A stretch of 64,000 nt of DNA from an uncultured Actinomycetes bacterium (GTDB lineage: Bacteria > Actinomycetota > Thermoleophilia > Gaiellales > Gaiellaceae), in assembly GCA_963786055.1 (NCBI GenBank), contig CAWAXS010000007.1, positions 1,163 to 65,162 of the forward strand, written 5' to 3'. The translations under genes and the position numbers were made by a program. This document shows positions 35,014-45,068 of the stretch, one piece after another (the first letter of the stretch is position 1; every line of letters begins with the position of its first letter). The notes below the pieces were generated by a model. The model did no database searches. It was not told the origin of the DNA and was given only the letters and a program-made list of their open reading frames with translations.

Positions 35014-36058
35014 CTAGAGCCGGGAGCGGGGGTCGAAGGCGTCGCGGAGGCCGTCGCCGAGCAGGTTGAACGCGAGCGTGGTGAGGATGACGGCGATGCC
35101 CGGCCACAGCATCAGGAGGGGAACCGTCGTGTAGTAGTTCGGCGCCTCGGCGAGGAGGTTCCCCCAGCTCGCGGTGGGCAACTGGATCCCGACCCCCACG
35201 AACGAGAGCGCCGCCTCGAACAGGATGAAGCTGGCGACGATCAGGCTCGAGTAGACGATGATCGGTGCAACGAGATGGGGCAGCAGGTGCGAGCGGATGA
35301 TGCGCGTGTCGCTCGCGCCGGTCATCAACGCGGCCTCGATGAACTCCTTCTCGCGCAGCGAGAACACCTTCGCCCGGATGATCCTCGCCGGATAGAACCA
35401 GCCGAAGAGGGTGAAGATGAGAACGAGCGTGACGACCCCCTCGCCGAGCAGCCCGCCGAACGTGATGCTGTTCATCCGGCTGCCCGCGGTGCTCGCCAGC
35501 GCGACCGCGAACAGCAGGACGGGGAATGCCATCGTGATCTCTGTGCACCGCGCCACGATCGTGTCGACCCAGCCACGGTAGTAGCCCGCCACGGCGCCGA
35601 GCGTCACGCCGATCGTCATCACGAGGAACGTCGAGATGAGCGCGACCTGCAACGAGACGCGGCCGCCGTAGAGCAGCCGCAGGAACTCGTCGCGCCCGAG
35701 CGTCCCGTCGGCTCCCAGGATCAGAAGCTGCTTGTTCGCCGGTCTCGAAGTTCGTCACCGTGCTCATCGGGCCCACCGGCAGGAGACCGTCGTCGAGCGC
35801 GTCCGGGAAGATCTGGTTCGGCCCGTGCCCGAGCAGGCGCTCCGCGATCCAGGCGCCCGGGTACACGACCAGGATGAGCAGGATCAGGAAGACGACGCTC
35901 GCGATCGCCACCCGATCGCGCTTGAACCGCCGCCACACCTGCTCCCAGTAGCTGCGTGCGCGAACCTCCGTCTGCTGGGTCCCCGGGGCGGCATCGGGCG
36001 TGAACTCATCCCCCCCAAGCTCGCGGCCGAGGAGCTCGTCGGATGTATGGCTCGTCAT
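35014..36058 (-). pseudogene. Dpp/Opp-type ABC transporter permease (OppC/DppC-like), frame-disrupted near 35735
   Basis: The N-terminus (MTSHTSDELLG...TNFETGE) lies in the frame of ORF 34847..36253. The continuation (KQLLILGADGTLGRDEFLRLLYGGRVSLQVALI...) lies in the frame of ORF 35014..35652. The span of 1045 nt is not a multiple of 3. Confidence 0.8.
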
Positions 36059-36265
36059 CGACACGTGAGCGGGTGGAGAATAGCGCAGCGGTGCGTCAAA
36101 TAGGACGTGCTGAGCGGCGGATTGTTGTCCGGCGCCGAGGCTTCGCCCCGGCCCAAGCCCGATCCGAAGCGGTTCCGTGGGCGCATCTCGGTGGTCGCTC
36201 GTTGCCGGTGATCCGGTCGCGAGCAGATGGAGGAATGCGCTCCTAGCTCCCAACCGTGACCTGGG

Positions 36266-36283
36266 CCGGCGCGGGAGCGCCGG
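36266..36283 (-). terminator. Hairpin CCGGCGC-NNNN-GCGCCGG abutting the atpG stop
   Basis: 7-bp GC stem seen directly, immediately 3' of the TAG at 36284-36286. No U-tail. Confidence 0.4.
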
Positions 36284-37173
36284 CTAGGACAGCGCATCGG
36301 CCCCGGCGACGACCTCCAGGATCTCCTGGGTGATCTCCGCCTGGCGGGCGCGGTTCATCTCGAGCGTCAGCTGTCGATCAGCTCGCCCGCGTTCTTCGAC
36401 GCGTTCCGCATCGCCGTCATGCGCGCTCCCTGCTCGGAGGCCGACGACTCGAGCAGCGCCCGGTACACCTGCGTCTCGACGTAGACGGGCAGCAGGCGCT
36501 CGAGGATCTGCTCGGGCTCGGGCTCGAAGATGAAGTCGCCGCGAAGGACGTCGTCGCGCCGCTCCTCCTCGTCCGTCTCCAGCACGTCGGCCGAGATCGG
36601 GAGGATCTCCTGCTCCGTCACGGTCTGCGTCAGCGCCGAGACGAACGTGTTGTAGACCAGCACCACGCGGTCGACCTCGCCCTCGACGAACAGCTCGGCC
36701 GCCCGGTGCGCGACCGCCTGCGCGTCGGCGTACACGGGCGCGTCCGTGAAGCCGACGAAGGCGCCGTCGAGCGTGCGCCTCCGGAACGTGAGGGTCGAGC
36801 GCCCCTTCTTGCCCACGCCGAGCCAGCGCACCGTCTGGCCCTCCGCCTGCAGCCGGCGGTCGAGCGCGAACGCGCGTCGCATCACCTGCGCGTTGAACGC
36901 GCCGGCGAGACCGCGGTCGCCGGAGAGCGGGACGATGAGCGTCGACGCCGTCGTCTCGCGCTGCTGGAGGAGCGGCAGCCCGCGGACCGATCCCGCGGCC
37001 CGGCCGACGCCGGCGATGAGCTCGGCCATCGTGTCCGCGTACGGGCGCATCGCCTCGATCCGCGCCTGCGCCCGCCGCAGCTTGGCGGCTGCGACCAGCT
37101 CCATCGCGCGGGTGATCTTCCGGGTGTTCCGGACCGACCGGATCCTTCGCTTGTAGTCCTGGACCGAAGCCAC
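36284..37173 (-). pseudogene. atpG: F1 ATP synthase gamma subunit, frame-disrupted near 36368 (probable sequence error)
   Basis: ORF 36367..37173 ends ...NAGELIDS*. The conserved gamma C-terminus LTLEMNRARQAEITQEILEVVAGADALS* is read in the adjacent frame down to the TAG at 36284. The span of 890 nt is consistent with one missing base (AGC CTG read as AGCTG). Confidence 0.9.
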
Positions 37174-37240
37174 AGGCTACCGCCCGTGCCTTCGATCGAG
37201 GTCATGGACATGGTTGATCTCGGCGGCGAAGCCGGCGGGA

Positions 37241-38770
37241 TCAGCCAACGAGGCCACGCTCCTCCTCAACGTTGAAGCCCTCGACGAACTTCTTGAGGAC
37301 CTCCTCGAGCGTTGCGGTCGTCTCGTCGGAGAGGTCGCCGCTCTCGCGGATCGCCTGGTAGACCGATCCCTCCGCCCGGAGCGTCTCGCGGAGCTCCTCC
37401 TGGAACCGGGGGACCTGGCCGACGGGGACGCGATCGAGCCAGCCGTGGATGCCGGCGTAGATGGCGACGACCTGCTCCTCCGTCGCCCATGGCTGGTACT
37501 GCGGCTGGTTCAGGAGCGCGACCATCCGCTCGCCGCGCGAGAGCGCCTGCTGGGTGGCGGCGTCGAGCTCCGAGCCGAACTGCGCGAACGCCTCCAGCTC
37601 CCTGTACTGGGCGAGATCCAGCCGGAGCCGGCCGGCCACCTTCTTCATCGCCTTCGTCTGGGCGTTGCCGCCGACGCGGGAGACCGAGATTCCCACGTTG
37701 ATGGCGGGGCGGATGCCCGAGTAGAAGAGGCTCGACTCGAGGAAGATCTGGCCGTCGGTGATGGAGATGACGTTCGTCGGGATGTACGCGGCGACGTCGC
37801 CCGCCTGGGTCTCGATCACCGGGAGCGCCGTGAGCGATCCGCCGCCGAGGTCGTCGGAGAGCTTGCACGCGCGCTCCAGCAGGCGCGAGTGGAGGTAGAA
37901 GACGTCGCCCGGGAATGCCTCGCGGCCCGGCGGCCGCCGCAGCAGCAGCGAGAGCTGCCGGTACGCGTCGGCGTGCTTGGTGAGGTCGTCGTAGATGACG
38001 AGAGCGTGCTTCCCGTTGAAGAGGAAGTGCTCGCCGATCGCCGCTCCCGCGAACGGCGCCATCCACTTGATCGGCGCCGCCTCCTGCGCGGGGGCGGAGA
38101 TCACGATCGTGTAGTCCATCGCGCCCGCGTCCTGGAGCTTCTCGACCACCTGGACGACCGTCGATGCCTTCTGGCCGACCGCGACGTAGATGCAGATCAC
38201 GTCGCCGCCGCGCTGGTTGATGATCGCATCGACGCCGATCGCGGTCTTTCCGGTGCCGCGGTCGCCGATGATCAGCTCGCGCTGCCCCCTCCCGATCGGG
38301 ATCATCGAGTCGATTGCCTTGAGCCCCGTCTGGAGCGGCTCGTGCACCGGCTGGCGCTGGATGACGCCCGGCGCCTTGTACTCGAGCGGGCGCGTCTCGG
38401 TCGAGGCGATCGGGCCCTGGCCGTCGAGTGGGTTGCCGAGCGGGTCGATCACGCGGCCGAGAAGCCCTTCGCCCACCGGCACGCTCATCACCGCGCCGGT
38501 GCGTCGCACCGGCTCGCCCTCCTTGACGTGCTGCCACTCGCCGAAGAGCGCGACGCCGACGTTGTCCTCCTCGAGGTTGAAGGCGATGCCCACGACGCCG
38601 TGCTCGAACTCGAGCCGCTCGAGGGAGACGCAGTTCTCGAGGCCGTACACGCGTGCGATGCCGTCGCCGACCTGGAGCACGGTCCCGACCTCCGAGAGAT
38701 CGGTCTCGACGTCGTACTGCTCGATCCTTTGCTTGAGGATCGAGGTGATCTCTTCGGGGCGGAGCTTCAC
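37241..38770 (-). CDS. atpA: F1 ATP synthase alpha subunit
   Basis: 509-aa ORF with Walker A GDRGTGKT; canonical alpha family throughout. Confidence 0.97.
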   Translation of the reverse strand: MKLRPEEITSILKQRIEQYDVETDLSEVGTVLQVGDGIARVYGLENCVSLERLEFEHGVVGIAFNLEEDNVGVALFGEWQHVKEGEPVRRTGAVMSVPVGEGLLGRVIDPLGNPLDGQGPIASTETRPLEYKAPGVIQRQPVHEPLQTGLKAIDSMIPIGRGQRELIIGDRGTGKTAIGVDAIINQRGGDVICIYVAVGQKASTVVQVVEKLQDAGAMDYTIVISAPAQEAAPIKWMAPFAGAAIGEHFLFNGKHALVIYDDLTKHADAYRQLSLLLRRPPGREAFPGDVFYLHSRLLERACKLSDDLGGGSLTALPVIETQAGDVAAYIPTNVISITDGQIFLESSLFYSGIRPAINVGISVSRVGGNAQTKAMKKVAGRLRLDLAQYRELEAFAQFGSELDAATQQALSRGERMVALLNQPQYQPWATEEQVVAIYAGIHGWLDRVPVGQVPRFQEELRETLRAEGSVYQAIRESGDLSDETTATLEEVLKKFVEGFNVEEERGLVG

Positions 38771-38789
38771 GGAAAGTCTCTCCTTCGGG

Positions 38790-39323
38790 TCAGTTCCGGG
38801 TGACGAGTTCTCTGCGGAGGCGGTCGAGACGGCCGCGCACGCTCGCGTCCACGCGGAGCGAGCCGGCCTGGAGGATCATCCCGCCGATCAGGTCGGGGTC
38901 GACGGAGCGCGTCGCCTCGACGGTGCGGCCGGAGGCCTCCTCGATCCTGCGGACGATCGCGCTCGCCTCGTCCTCGGCGAGCTCGTACGCGGTCGTCAGC
39001 TCCACCTGGAGGCGGCCCTGCTCGCGGTCGACGATCGCGTCGAACTCCTCGGCGATCGCACGGAGCTGGCCGGCGCGGCCCTTCGAGGCGACGACGCGCA
39101 CGAAGTTCCGGACGACGGGGTCGACGCCGGCGGTGACCTCCTCGAGCACGCTGGCCTTGGTGCCGGGATCGAGCTGCGGGTTGGCGAGGAACGACTCCAG
39201 CTCGGGGATCGTCTCGAGCGCCGACGCCAGCTCTGCGAGCTGGTCTCGCGCGACGTCGACGCGCTCCTGGTCGCGCGCCGCCTCGTAGAGGGCGCGCGCG
39301 TACATGCGGTGGGCGGCGGCCAT
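38790..39323 (-). CDS. atpH: F1 ATP synthase delta (OSCP) subunit
   Basis: 177-aa ORF with the OSCP-family C-terminal motif [25 protein letters not shown]. Confidence 0.9.
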   Translation of the reverse strand: MAAAHRMYARALYEAARDQERVDVARDQLAELASALETIPELESFLANPQLDPGTKASVLEEVTAGVDPVVRNFVRVVASKGRAGQLRAIAEEFDAIVDREQGRLQVELTTAYELAEDEASAIVRRIEEASGRTVEATRSVDPDLIGGMILQAGSLRVDASVRGRLDRLRRELVTRN

Positions 39324-39334
39324 GTCGTGTCGGT

Positions 39335-39877
39335 CTAGCTCTTCCGGCCCTCGAGGGCGGAGAAGTCGAGGCCGTGGACGGCCTCCTCGACGAGCCGGCG
39401 CTGGTCCGCGGTGTCGAGCACCTTGCCGACGACCCGCTGGGTGGCCTCGATCGTCAGGTCTGCGACCTCGCTCCGGATCTGGCCGATCGCGCGCACGGTC
39501 TCGGCGTCGATCTGCTTGCGCGTGTCCTCGAGCCGCCGCTGGCGCTCGGACTCCGCCTCCTGCTTCGCGCGGTCGATCTGCGCGTCGACGACCTTGCGCG
39601 TCTCGGCGAGGATCTCCGCCGACTCCGAGCGCGCCTGCGCGAGGATCGCGCGGTTCTGCTCGAGCAGGTCCCGCGCCTCGTCGCGCGCGTTGTCCGCCTC
39701 CTCGACCGCCTGGCGGATCCGGTCGCGACGCTCGTCGATCGTCTTCTGGATCGGGCCGAAGGCGTACCGCTTGAGCACGAAGAACGTGATCGCGAAGGCG
39801 ACCAGCGTCCAGATCATCAGGCCGGGAACGACCTTGATCAGGTCGTTCGACGACTCGGCTGCGAGGAGGTCGGTCAT
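39335..39877 (-). CDS. atpF: Fo ATP synthase b subunit
   Basis: 180-aa ORF with an N-terminal TM and a long charged helix (AE/RQ-rich). Confidence 0.9.
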   Translation of the reverse strand: MTDLLAAESSNDLIKVVPGLMIWTLVAFAITFFVLKRYAFGPIQKTIDERRDRIRQAVEEADNARDEARDLLEQNRAILAQARSESAEILAETRKVVDAQIDRAKQEAESERQRRLEDTRKQIDAETVRAIGQIRSEVADLTIEATQRVVGKVLDTADQRRLVEEAVHGLDFSALEGRKS

Positions 39878-39887
39878 CGGCCGCTGC

Positions 39888-40157
39888 TCAGATGAGGACG
39901 TAGGCGAGGAGCCCGCCGATCAGGCCGTAGAAGACGACCGCCTCGGTGAGGGCGAACCCGAGCCACTGGATGCCCTGCAGCTCGCCGCGGAGCTCCGGCT
40001 GACGGGCGACCGCCTGGATCATGGAGCCGAAGATGTTGCCGATGCCGACGCCGGCGCCGAGCGCGCCGAGGCCGATGCCGAGCGCGAGCGCGATCGCCTT
40101 GCCTGCATCGGCCACGTCGCCGGTCGTCTCGGCGAGGAAGAAGAACGAGGACAGCAT
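39888..40157 (-). CDS. atpE: Fo ATP synthase c subunit
   Basis: 89-aa two-TM hairpin with a GxGxGxG helix, the ARQPE loop and the carboxylate Glu in LTEAVVFYGL. Confidence 0.93.
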   Translation of the reverse strand: MLSSFFFLAETTGDVADAGKAIALALGIGLGALGAGVGIGNIFGSMIQAVARQPELRGELQGIQWLGFALTEAVVFYGLIGGLLAYVLI

Positions 40158-40173
40158 GGGTGGGGCTCCTCCT

Positions 40174-41061
40174 TTAGTGCTCCGGCTCGATCGCCGAGCC
40201 GATGTAGATGGCTGACAGTGCGGCGAAGATGTAGGCCTGGATCGACACGACGATCACGACCTCGAACAGGTAGAAGGCCGCGGCCGCGGGCACCGCGATC
40301 ACGGCGAGGAAGACGTTCCCGATGATGAAGATGAGCCCGAGGAACGTGAGGATCAGCATGTGGCCGGCGAGCATGTTCGCGTAGAGCCGTACCGAGAGGC
40401 TGATCAGCCGCATGAACTGGCCGAGGATCTCGAGCGGCACGATCAGCGGGTACATCGCCTTCGGGACGTCCGGGATCCAGCTCTTGAAGTACTTGACGGC
40501 ACCGTTCGCGCGGATGCCCTCGACGTGCGTGAAGACGAACGTCATGAGCGCCAGGGCCAACGTCACGGACAGCGTCGAGGTCGCCGCGAACAGCGCGAGG
40601 GTCGGGACCTTCACCCCTGCGATCTCCACCTTCTCGTCGGAGAGGGGCAACGGGATGAACCCGAGCATGTTGATCACCCAGATGAAGATCATCAACGTCG
40701 CGACGTAGGGGAACCAGCGCCCGATCGCCTTCGTCGGGAGCCCCTGCTCGGCCACCTGGACCTGGGCGACCTCGTAGATCGTCTCGCCGAGCGCCTGCTT
40801 CCGCGTCGGGCCCGACCCGACCTTTACGCGCATGAAGACGATCCCGATCAGGCAGGAGAGGAGCGCGCCGAGGAGCAGGTACGCGACCGCCTTGTTGATC
40901 GAGAGGTCGAGGGGGCCGATGTGGATGGGGATCCACTCGTGCAGCGTCCATTCGGAGGCGGGGTTGAACTTCTCCTCGTCGTCGCCGTTCTCGGCGGCGA
41001 ACGCGACGGCGGGGAACGCGAGCGCGGCGAGACCGACGAGGGGGAGCAGGCGCTTCGTCAC
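40174..41061 (-). CDS. atpB: Fo ATP synthase a subunit
   Basis: 295-aa ORF with the conserved Arg context LSVRLYANMLAGH. The GTG start overlaps the upstream stop (GTGA). Confidence 0.93.
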   Translation of the reverse strand: MTKRLLPLVGLAALAFPAVAFAAENGDDEEKFNPASEWTLHEWIPIHIGPLDLSINKAVAYLLLGALLSCLIGIVFMRVKVGSGPTRKQALGETIYEVAQVQVAEQGLPTKAIGRWFPYVATLMIFIWVINMLGFIPLPLSDEKVEIAGVKVPTLALFAATSTLSVTLALALMTFVFTHVEGIRANGAVKYFKSWIPDVPKAMYPLIVPLEILGQFMRLISLSVRLYANMLAGHMLILTFLGLIFIIGNVFLAVIAVPAAAAFYLFEVVIVVSIQAYIFAALSAIYIGSAIEPEH

Positions 41062-41453
41062 GCGCTCGCCTCCTGGCCGAAGTACTCCACGAGCGAGACC
41101 GCGAGCTCGACGCTGAACGCGAGTGCGTAGACCACGGCCGCGGCCAGACCGACCCGCTCGTCCGCGACCGTGACCGCGACGAGGGGGATGCCGATCGCCA
41201 TCGCCCTGAAGCTCGTGCCGATGCCCCGCATGCCTGCGGCGGCGAGGTTACCCGTGCCGAGCGGAAGGCGCGTCAGCAGCAGCGCGAAGAGCTGGCCCGC
41301 GACCCAGAGCGTCGCCGCGAGCAGCCAGCCCCGGAAGGGCCAGCCGGCGGCCGCGAACACCGGGAGGGCGAGCACGATCACCGCGGAGCCCGCGAGCGCG
41401 GGAACGAGGCGCCCGGGAACCGGGCGCGCGGTCTCGAACACCCGCGCGCTCAC
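41058..41453 (-). CDS. ATP synthase protein I-like small membrane protein
   Basis: C-terminal 131 aa of ORF 41058..41675. It has 3-4 TM segments and sits just upstream of atpB. GTGA overlaps occur at both ends. Confidence 0.5.
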   Translation of the reverse strand: MSARVFETARPVPGRLVPALAGSAVIVLALPVFAAAGWPFRGWLLAATLWVAGQLFALLLTRLPLGTGNLAAAGMRGIGTSFRAMAIGIPLVAVTVADERVGLAAAVVYALAFSVELAVSLVEYFGQEASA

Positions 41454-41656
41454 GACCCGGTGCGCGCGTAGACGCGGTAGACGACCGCGACCGAGAGCGG
41501 AATGCCCACGATCGCGCCGATCAGGAGGCCGAGCGCAGCCGAGCCGAGCAGCCACCCGACGAGGGCGCCGACCGCCATCGCTGCGCCGGTCGTGCCGAGC
41601 AGGAGACCGGACGCTGTCGCGAGGGAATGCGGCGAGGATGACGCGGCGGCAGCCAT
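41450..41656 (-). CDS. AtpZ/AtpI-type small membrane protein (68 aa)
   Basis: C-terminal part of ORF 41450..42391 from MAAAASSS. It has two Gly-rich TM helices and is the first gene of the atp cluster. Confidence 0.5.
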   Translation of the reverse strand: MAAAASSSPHSLATASGLLLGTTGAAMAVGALVGWLLGSAALGLLIGAIVGIPLSVAVVYRVYARTGS

Positions 41657-41719
41657 CGGGACCGGAGCATACCACCCTGCTTGTAACAGCCCGATCGCCG
41701 CTGCGGAGCGGGAATCGGC

Positions 41720-41725
41720 TAGGTT
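41720..41725 (+). promoter_or_regulatory. Candidate -10 box TAGGTT, 6 nt upstream of the ATG at 41732
   Basis: Seen directly, with no SD. Confidence 0.3.
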
Positions 41726-41731
41726 CGTCAC

Positions 41732-42466
41732 ATGCCTTCCCAGCGTCCGCCGAGGCTGGTCCTCGTCCATGGAAGCGTCGTCGGAGGGCGCCCGACCTGG
41801 CGCGAGCAGCGTCGCGCGATCACCGACGAGGCCGAGCTCGTCGTCCTCGAGCGACCCGGCTTCCCGCCCGGGCCCGTCGAGGCGGTGGACTTCGAGGCGC
41901 ACGCGGCCTGGGTCGCCGAGCGCGTTCGAGAAGGCGACCACCTCGTCGGTCACTCGTACGGCGGCGTGATCGCGCTGCTCGCGGCGGCCCGCGGCGGCGG
42001 GCGCCTGGCGTCGCTGACGGTGATCGAGCCGCCCTGCACGCGCGTCGCCCTCGACGACCCGGTCGTCGCCGAGTTCGCCCGCCGCGGCGCCGAGCTCTAC
42101 GCGAGCGGCTCCCACCTCGATCCCGAGGCCTTCCTGCGGACGTTCCTCCGGGCGGTCGGCTCGGACTTCGACCCTCCCTCGCCCCTGCCCCCGGCACTCG
42201 AGCAGGGCGCGCAGGCCTTGGCCCTCGAGCGCGGGCCGTGGGAGGCGGAGATCCCGCTCGAGGAGCTCCGGGCGCTCGGGCTCCCCATGCTCGTCGTCTC
42301 GGGCGCGCACCACCCCGCCTTCGACGCGATCTGCGACGTCCTCGAGCGGGAGCTCCGCGCCGAGCGCCTCGTCGTCCCAGGTTACGGACACAACCCGCAG
42401 CTCTCGCCGGCGTTCACCGAAGCGCTGCTCGACTTCGTCGCGCGTGCCGACCGGGTGTCCGACTGA
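41732..42466 (+). CDS. Alpha/beta-fold hydrolase
   Basis: 244-aa ORF with the nucleophile elbow GHSYGG and a C-terminal His context PGYGHNP. Confidence 0.75.
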   Translation: MPSQRPPRLVLVHGSVVGGRPTWREQRRAITDEAELVVLERPGFPPGPVEAVDFEAHAAWVAERVREGDHLVGHSYGGVIALLAAARGGGRLASLTVIEPPCTRVALDDPVVAEFARRGAELYASGSHLDPEAFLRTFLRAVGSDFDPPSPLPPALEQGAQALALERGPWEAEIPLEELRALGLPMLVVSGAHHPAFDAICDVLERELRAERLVVPGYGHNPQLSPAFTEALLDFVARADRVSD

Positions 42467-42477
42467 AGTCGGACACC
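42454..42477. repeat. REP-like palindrome GGTGTCCGAC-TGAA-GTCGGACACC
   Basis: 10-bp perfect stem. The hydrolase stop codon TGA (42464-42466) lies in the loop. It sits between convergent genes. The same motif recurs at 58159, 58217, 59339 and 59384. Confidence 0.8.
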
Positions 42478-42484
42478 TGCAGTC

Positions 42485-43248
42485 TCAGAAGGCGAGCTTG
42501 ACCAGGAGGACGATCGCCACGACCGCGGCGACGACGAGCACGAGGGTCAGCAGCCCCCCGAGCGCAAGGCCCGTCGTGCGAGCCGGCGAGACGGGTGCGC
42601 CCGCCAGGCTCGCCTCGATCTGTCGCTCGACGTCGGCCTTGATCCTCTGCGCGAGCCGCTCGCCGAAGTCCATCGGCTCCTCCTGCGCCACGCGAAGCGG
42701 CGGAAAGCTCTCGGGCAGCCCCTCGATCACGAGCTGCGTCACGTGCTCCGGCTGGTCGATGTCCTTGAGCCGCACCTCGCCGAGATCCCGCTTCGAGACG
42801 CCGTCGGGCATCGCTCCCGAGACGAGCGCCGCGGTCGTCGCCGAGAGCAGCACCTGTCCACCGTGGCCGGCGGCGCAGATGCGCGCGGCGCGATGGACGT
42901 CGATCCCGACGTACCCCTCCGCGCCGACGACCGGCTCGCCCGTGTGGAGGCTCATCCGCACGCGGAGCTCCGTCCCGTCCGGCCACGGTGGGCGGCGAGC
43001 GCCCGCTGCGCCGCGACCGCGGCGGCGACGGCGTCCCGTGCACGCTCGAAGCAGAAGAAGAACGCGTCTCCCTGGGTGTCGATCTCCTGCCCGCCGCGCG
43101 CGTCGAACGCCTCCCGGATCAGGCGCCGATGCTCGGAGAGCACCGCGGCGTAGCCGTCGCCGAGACGCTCGAGGAGCTTCGTCGAGCCCTCGATGTCCGT
43201 GAAGAGGAACGTGACGGTGCCGCCGTGGAGCACGGCGACGTTATACAA
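42485..43248 (-). pseudogene. Class III adenylate/guanylate cyclase domain with C-terminal TM anchor, frame-disrupted near 42985
   Basis: ORF 42952..43248 (TVTFLFTDIEGSTKLL...) continues in another frame as PWPDGTELRVRMSLHTGEPVVG... (ORF 42485..42961). The span of 764 nt is consistent with one missing C in CACC(C)G. Confidence 0.8.
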
Positions 43249-43252
43249 GCGC

Positions 43253-44449
43253 TCAGTAGCGGAGCAGCGCCGCGACCTGGTCGTCGCCGAGCAGCTGGGC
43301 GGGCCCGGGCGAGAGCACGACCACGGAAGCGCCCGTGTCGAGCGCCTGGCCGATCATCGCGTCGGCCAGCATCGTGTCCTCGACGAGCTCCGCCGCGCCG
43401 GTGCCGGGTGGGACCTCGCCCGGAGCGGCGAGCGTGCCCGATACCGTGGAGCGGCCGACGATCGGACGGTCGGCGGCGACGAGGAGCGTGTCGACGCGTC
43501 CCTCGGCGAGCGCGGCGAGCGTCTCGCGCAGGCCCGTCGCTCCCCGGCCGCCGACGGCGTCCAGCACCCTCGTCACGAGGCTCGTCTGTCGTCGCTCCCG
43601 CACCCCGGCGACGGCCGGGGCGACGAGCGGGGCCAGCTCACCGTCGCTGCGCCACTGCTCGAGGCGCGGCACCGGGGCGATCTCGACCGATGCGCCGCTC
43701 GGGAGCCCGCGCGCGAGCGCGGAGGTGAGGCGCTCGTCACCGGCCAGGGCGACCTCGTGCCAGTCGCGCTCGGCGGCCAGCTCGGCGATCTTCCGTCCCG
43801 CGCCGACGAGGAGCTTCTCCAGCTCGCCACGCATCCGGGTCTCGAAGAGGTCGCGCTGCTGCGCGACCCTGGGCCCCGGGGCGGAACCGGGCTGTCCGCG
43901 CGGGTGCGCGTGTGCCGGACCCACGAGATCGGGCTCCTCGAGCTCGGGGAGCGTCTCCGACCAGACGTCCGTCAACGAGCCGGGAGCCCACTCGAGCACG
44001 CGGACTCCCTCGGCGGAGACGAGCGCGACCCCTGCCGGATGGGCCTCGTCGAGCGCGACACACAGCGGGCGGACGTCTGCGCGCCGGCCGAGCGTGGCGC
44101 GCGTCGGGACGGTGCCGCTCGGCTCGATGACCACGACCTGGCCAAGGCCGAGCGCGGCGAAGAGCGCGAGATCGCGCGCCCCGCCGGACAGGATCGCGCC
44201 GCGCACGTGCTGCTCGATCGCAGCGAGTGCCGCGTGCGCGGGCCCGGCGCCCGTCGTCCACGAGGTGTCGATCAGCCGGCCGACGCGGCCCAGCTCGACC
44301 TCGAGCCCTCGGACGGCAGTGTTGTCGGGGATCGCGGCGTCCCGCGCGGAGAGATAGACGGAGAGGACCCCGAGGGGATCGGCCAGCGAGAGCGCCTCCT
44401 TCACGGGCTCCGTGGCAGCAGGAACGACCGTGCGCGGCATCAGTGGCAT
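43253..44449 (-). CDS. eRF1/Pelota/Vms1-like (baeRF-type) release-factor-fold protein, tentative
   Basis: ORF 43253..44554, with the likely start at MPLMPRTVV. The C-terminal end ...VVVLSPGPAQLLGDDQVAALLRY resembles the eRF1/Pelota C-domain terminus. A central loop carries PRGQPG, followed by QQRDLFETRMRGE. Assignment is from memory of the family, with no search. Confidence 0.5.
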   Translation of the reverse strand: MPLMPRTVVPAATEPVKEALSLADPLGVLSVYLSARDAAIPDNTAVRGLEVELGRVGRLIDTSWTTGAGPAHAALAAIEQHVRGAILSGGARDLALFAALGLGQVVVIEPSGTVPTRATLGRRADVRPLCVALDEAHPAGVALVSAEGVRVLEWAPGSLTDVWSETLPELEEPDLVGPAHAHPRGQPGSAPGPRVAQQRDLFETRMRGELEKLLVGAGRKIAELAAERDWHEVALAGDERLTSALARGLPSGASVEIAPVPRLEQWRSDGELAPLVAPAVAGVRERRQTSLVTRVLDAVGGRGATGLRETLAALAEGRVDTLLVAADRPIVGRSTVSGTLAAPGEVPPGTGAAELVEDTMLADAMIGQALDTGASVVVLSPGPAQLLGDDQVAALLRY

Positions 44450-44523
44450 GGTCGCCGTGGACCAGGGTCGTCGCATCCGGGAATGACCCGATCGGCGCCG
44501 GGGGGAAAGCACGTACGGGCCCG

Positions 44524-44925
44524 TCAGACGTCGAGGACGACGCGCCCGCGCCACGTCTCGCCGTGACGACCGAGCTCGAGGTCGTGGTACGTCGCGCCCT
44601 TGATCACGTGCGGAGGCGTTCCCTCGGTGAACGAGACGAGGGCGCGGACGGCGGACGGGCCGGCGTCGATTCGCTCGACACGGCGCGGCACCAGCCCCTC
44701 CGTCTCGGCGACGAACACGATCTCGTCGATCCAGGCGGCGAGCAGCGCGGGATCGTCGCCCGCCTCGACGGACAGCGCACGCGTCCGCGACGCCCTCTCG
44801 GTGCCGACGTCACGGCCGAGCAGCTCTCCGAGCGCGAGGACGGCATGCTCGAAGACTCCCGCTCTGGTGGGCGCGTCGATCTCGAGCTCGAGCTCTGCCG
44901 TGTGGTCGACGAAGCGATAGCTCAC
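44524..44925 (-). CDS. Archease (RtcB activator)
   Basis: C-terminal 133 aa of ORF 44524..45207 from the GTG. N-terminal YRFVDHTAELELEI and C-terminal IKGATYHDLEL are typical archease motifs. Confidence 0.85.
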   Translation of the reverse strand: MSYRFVDHTAELELEIDAPTRAGVFEHAVLALGELLGRDVGTERASRTRALSVEAGDDPALLAAWIDEIVFVAETEGLVPRRVERIDAGPSAVRALVSFTEGTPPHVIKGATYHDLELGRHGETWRGRVVLDV

Positions 44926-45068
44926 GCTGTCCCTACCTCGCCCGAGCGTCGCCGCGACGGCGCCCCGACGCATCGGGGAACGCCCGGATTCGGTCGGCCG
45001 GTGTGGGCAAGTACCGATGCGGCGGTGCCCACCCGGAGCGATGCTGGTGGGGGTCGAAGGAGGCATGC

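Noticed and set aside
45003-45068. ATG at 45003 as the rtcB start
   Set aside because: The N-terminal 22 codons (MGKYRCGGAHPERCWWGSKEAC) lack similarity to RtcB. A strong SD (GAAGGAGG) lies 5 nt before the in-frame GTG at 45069.
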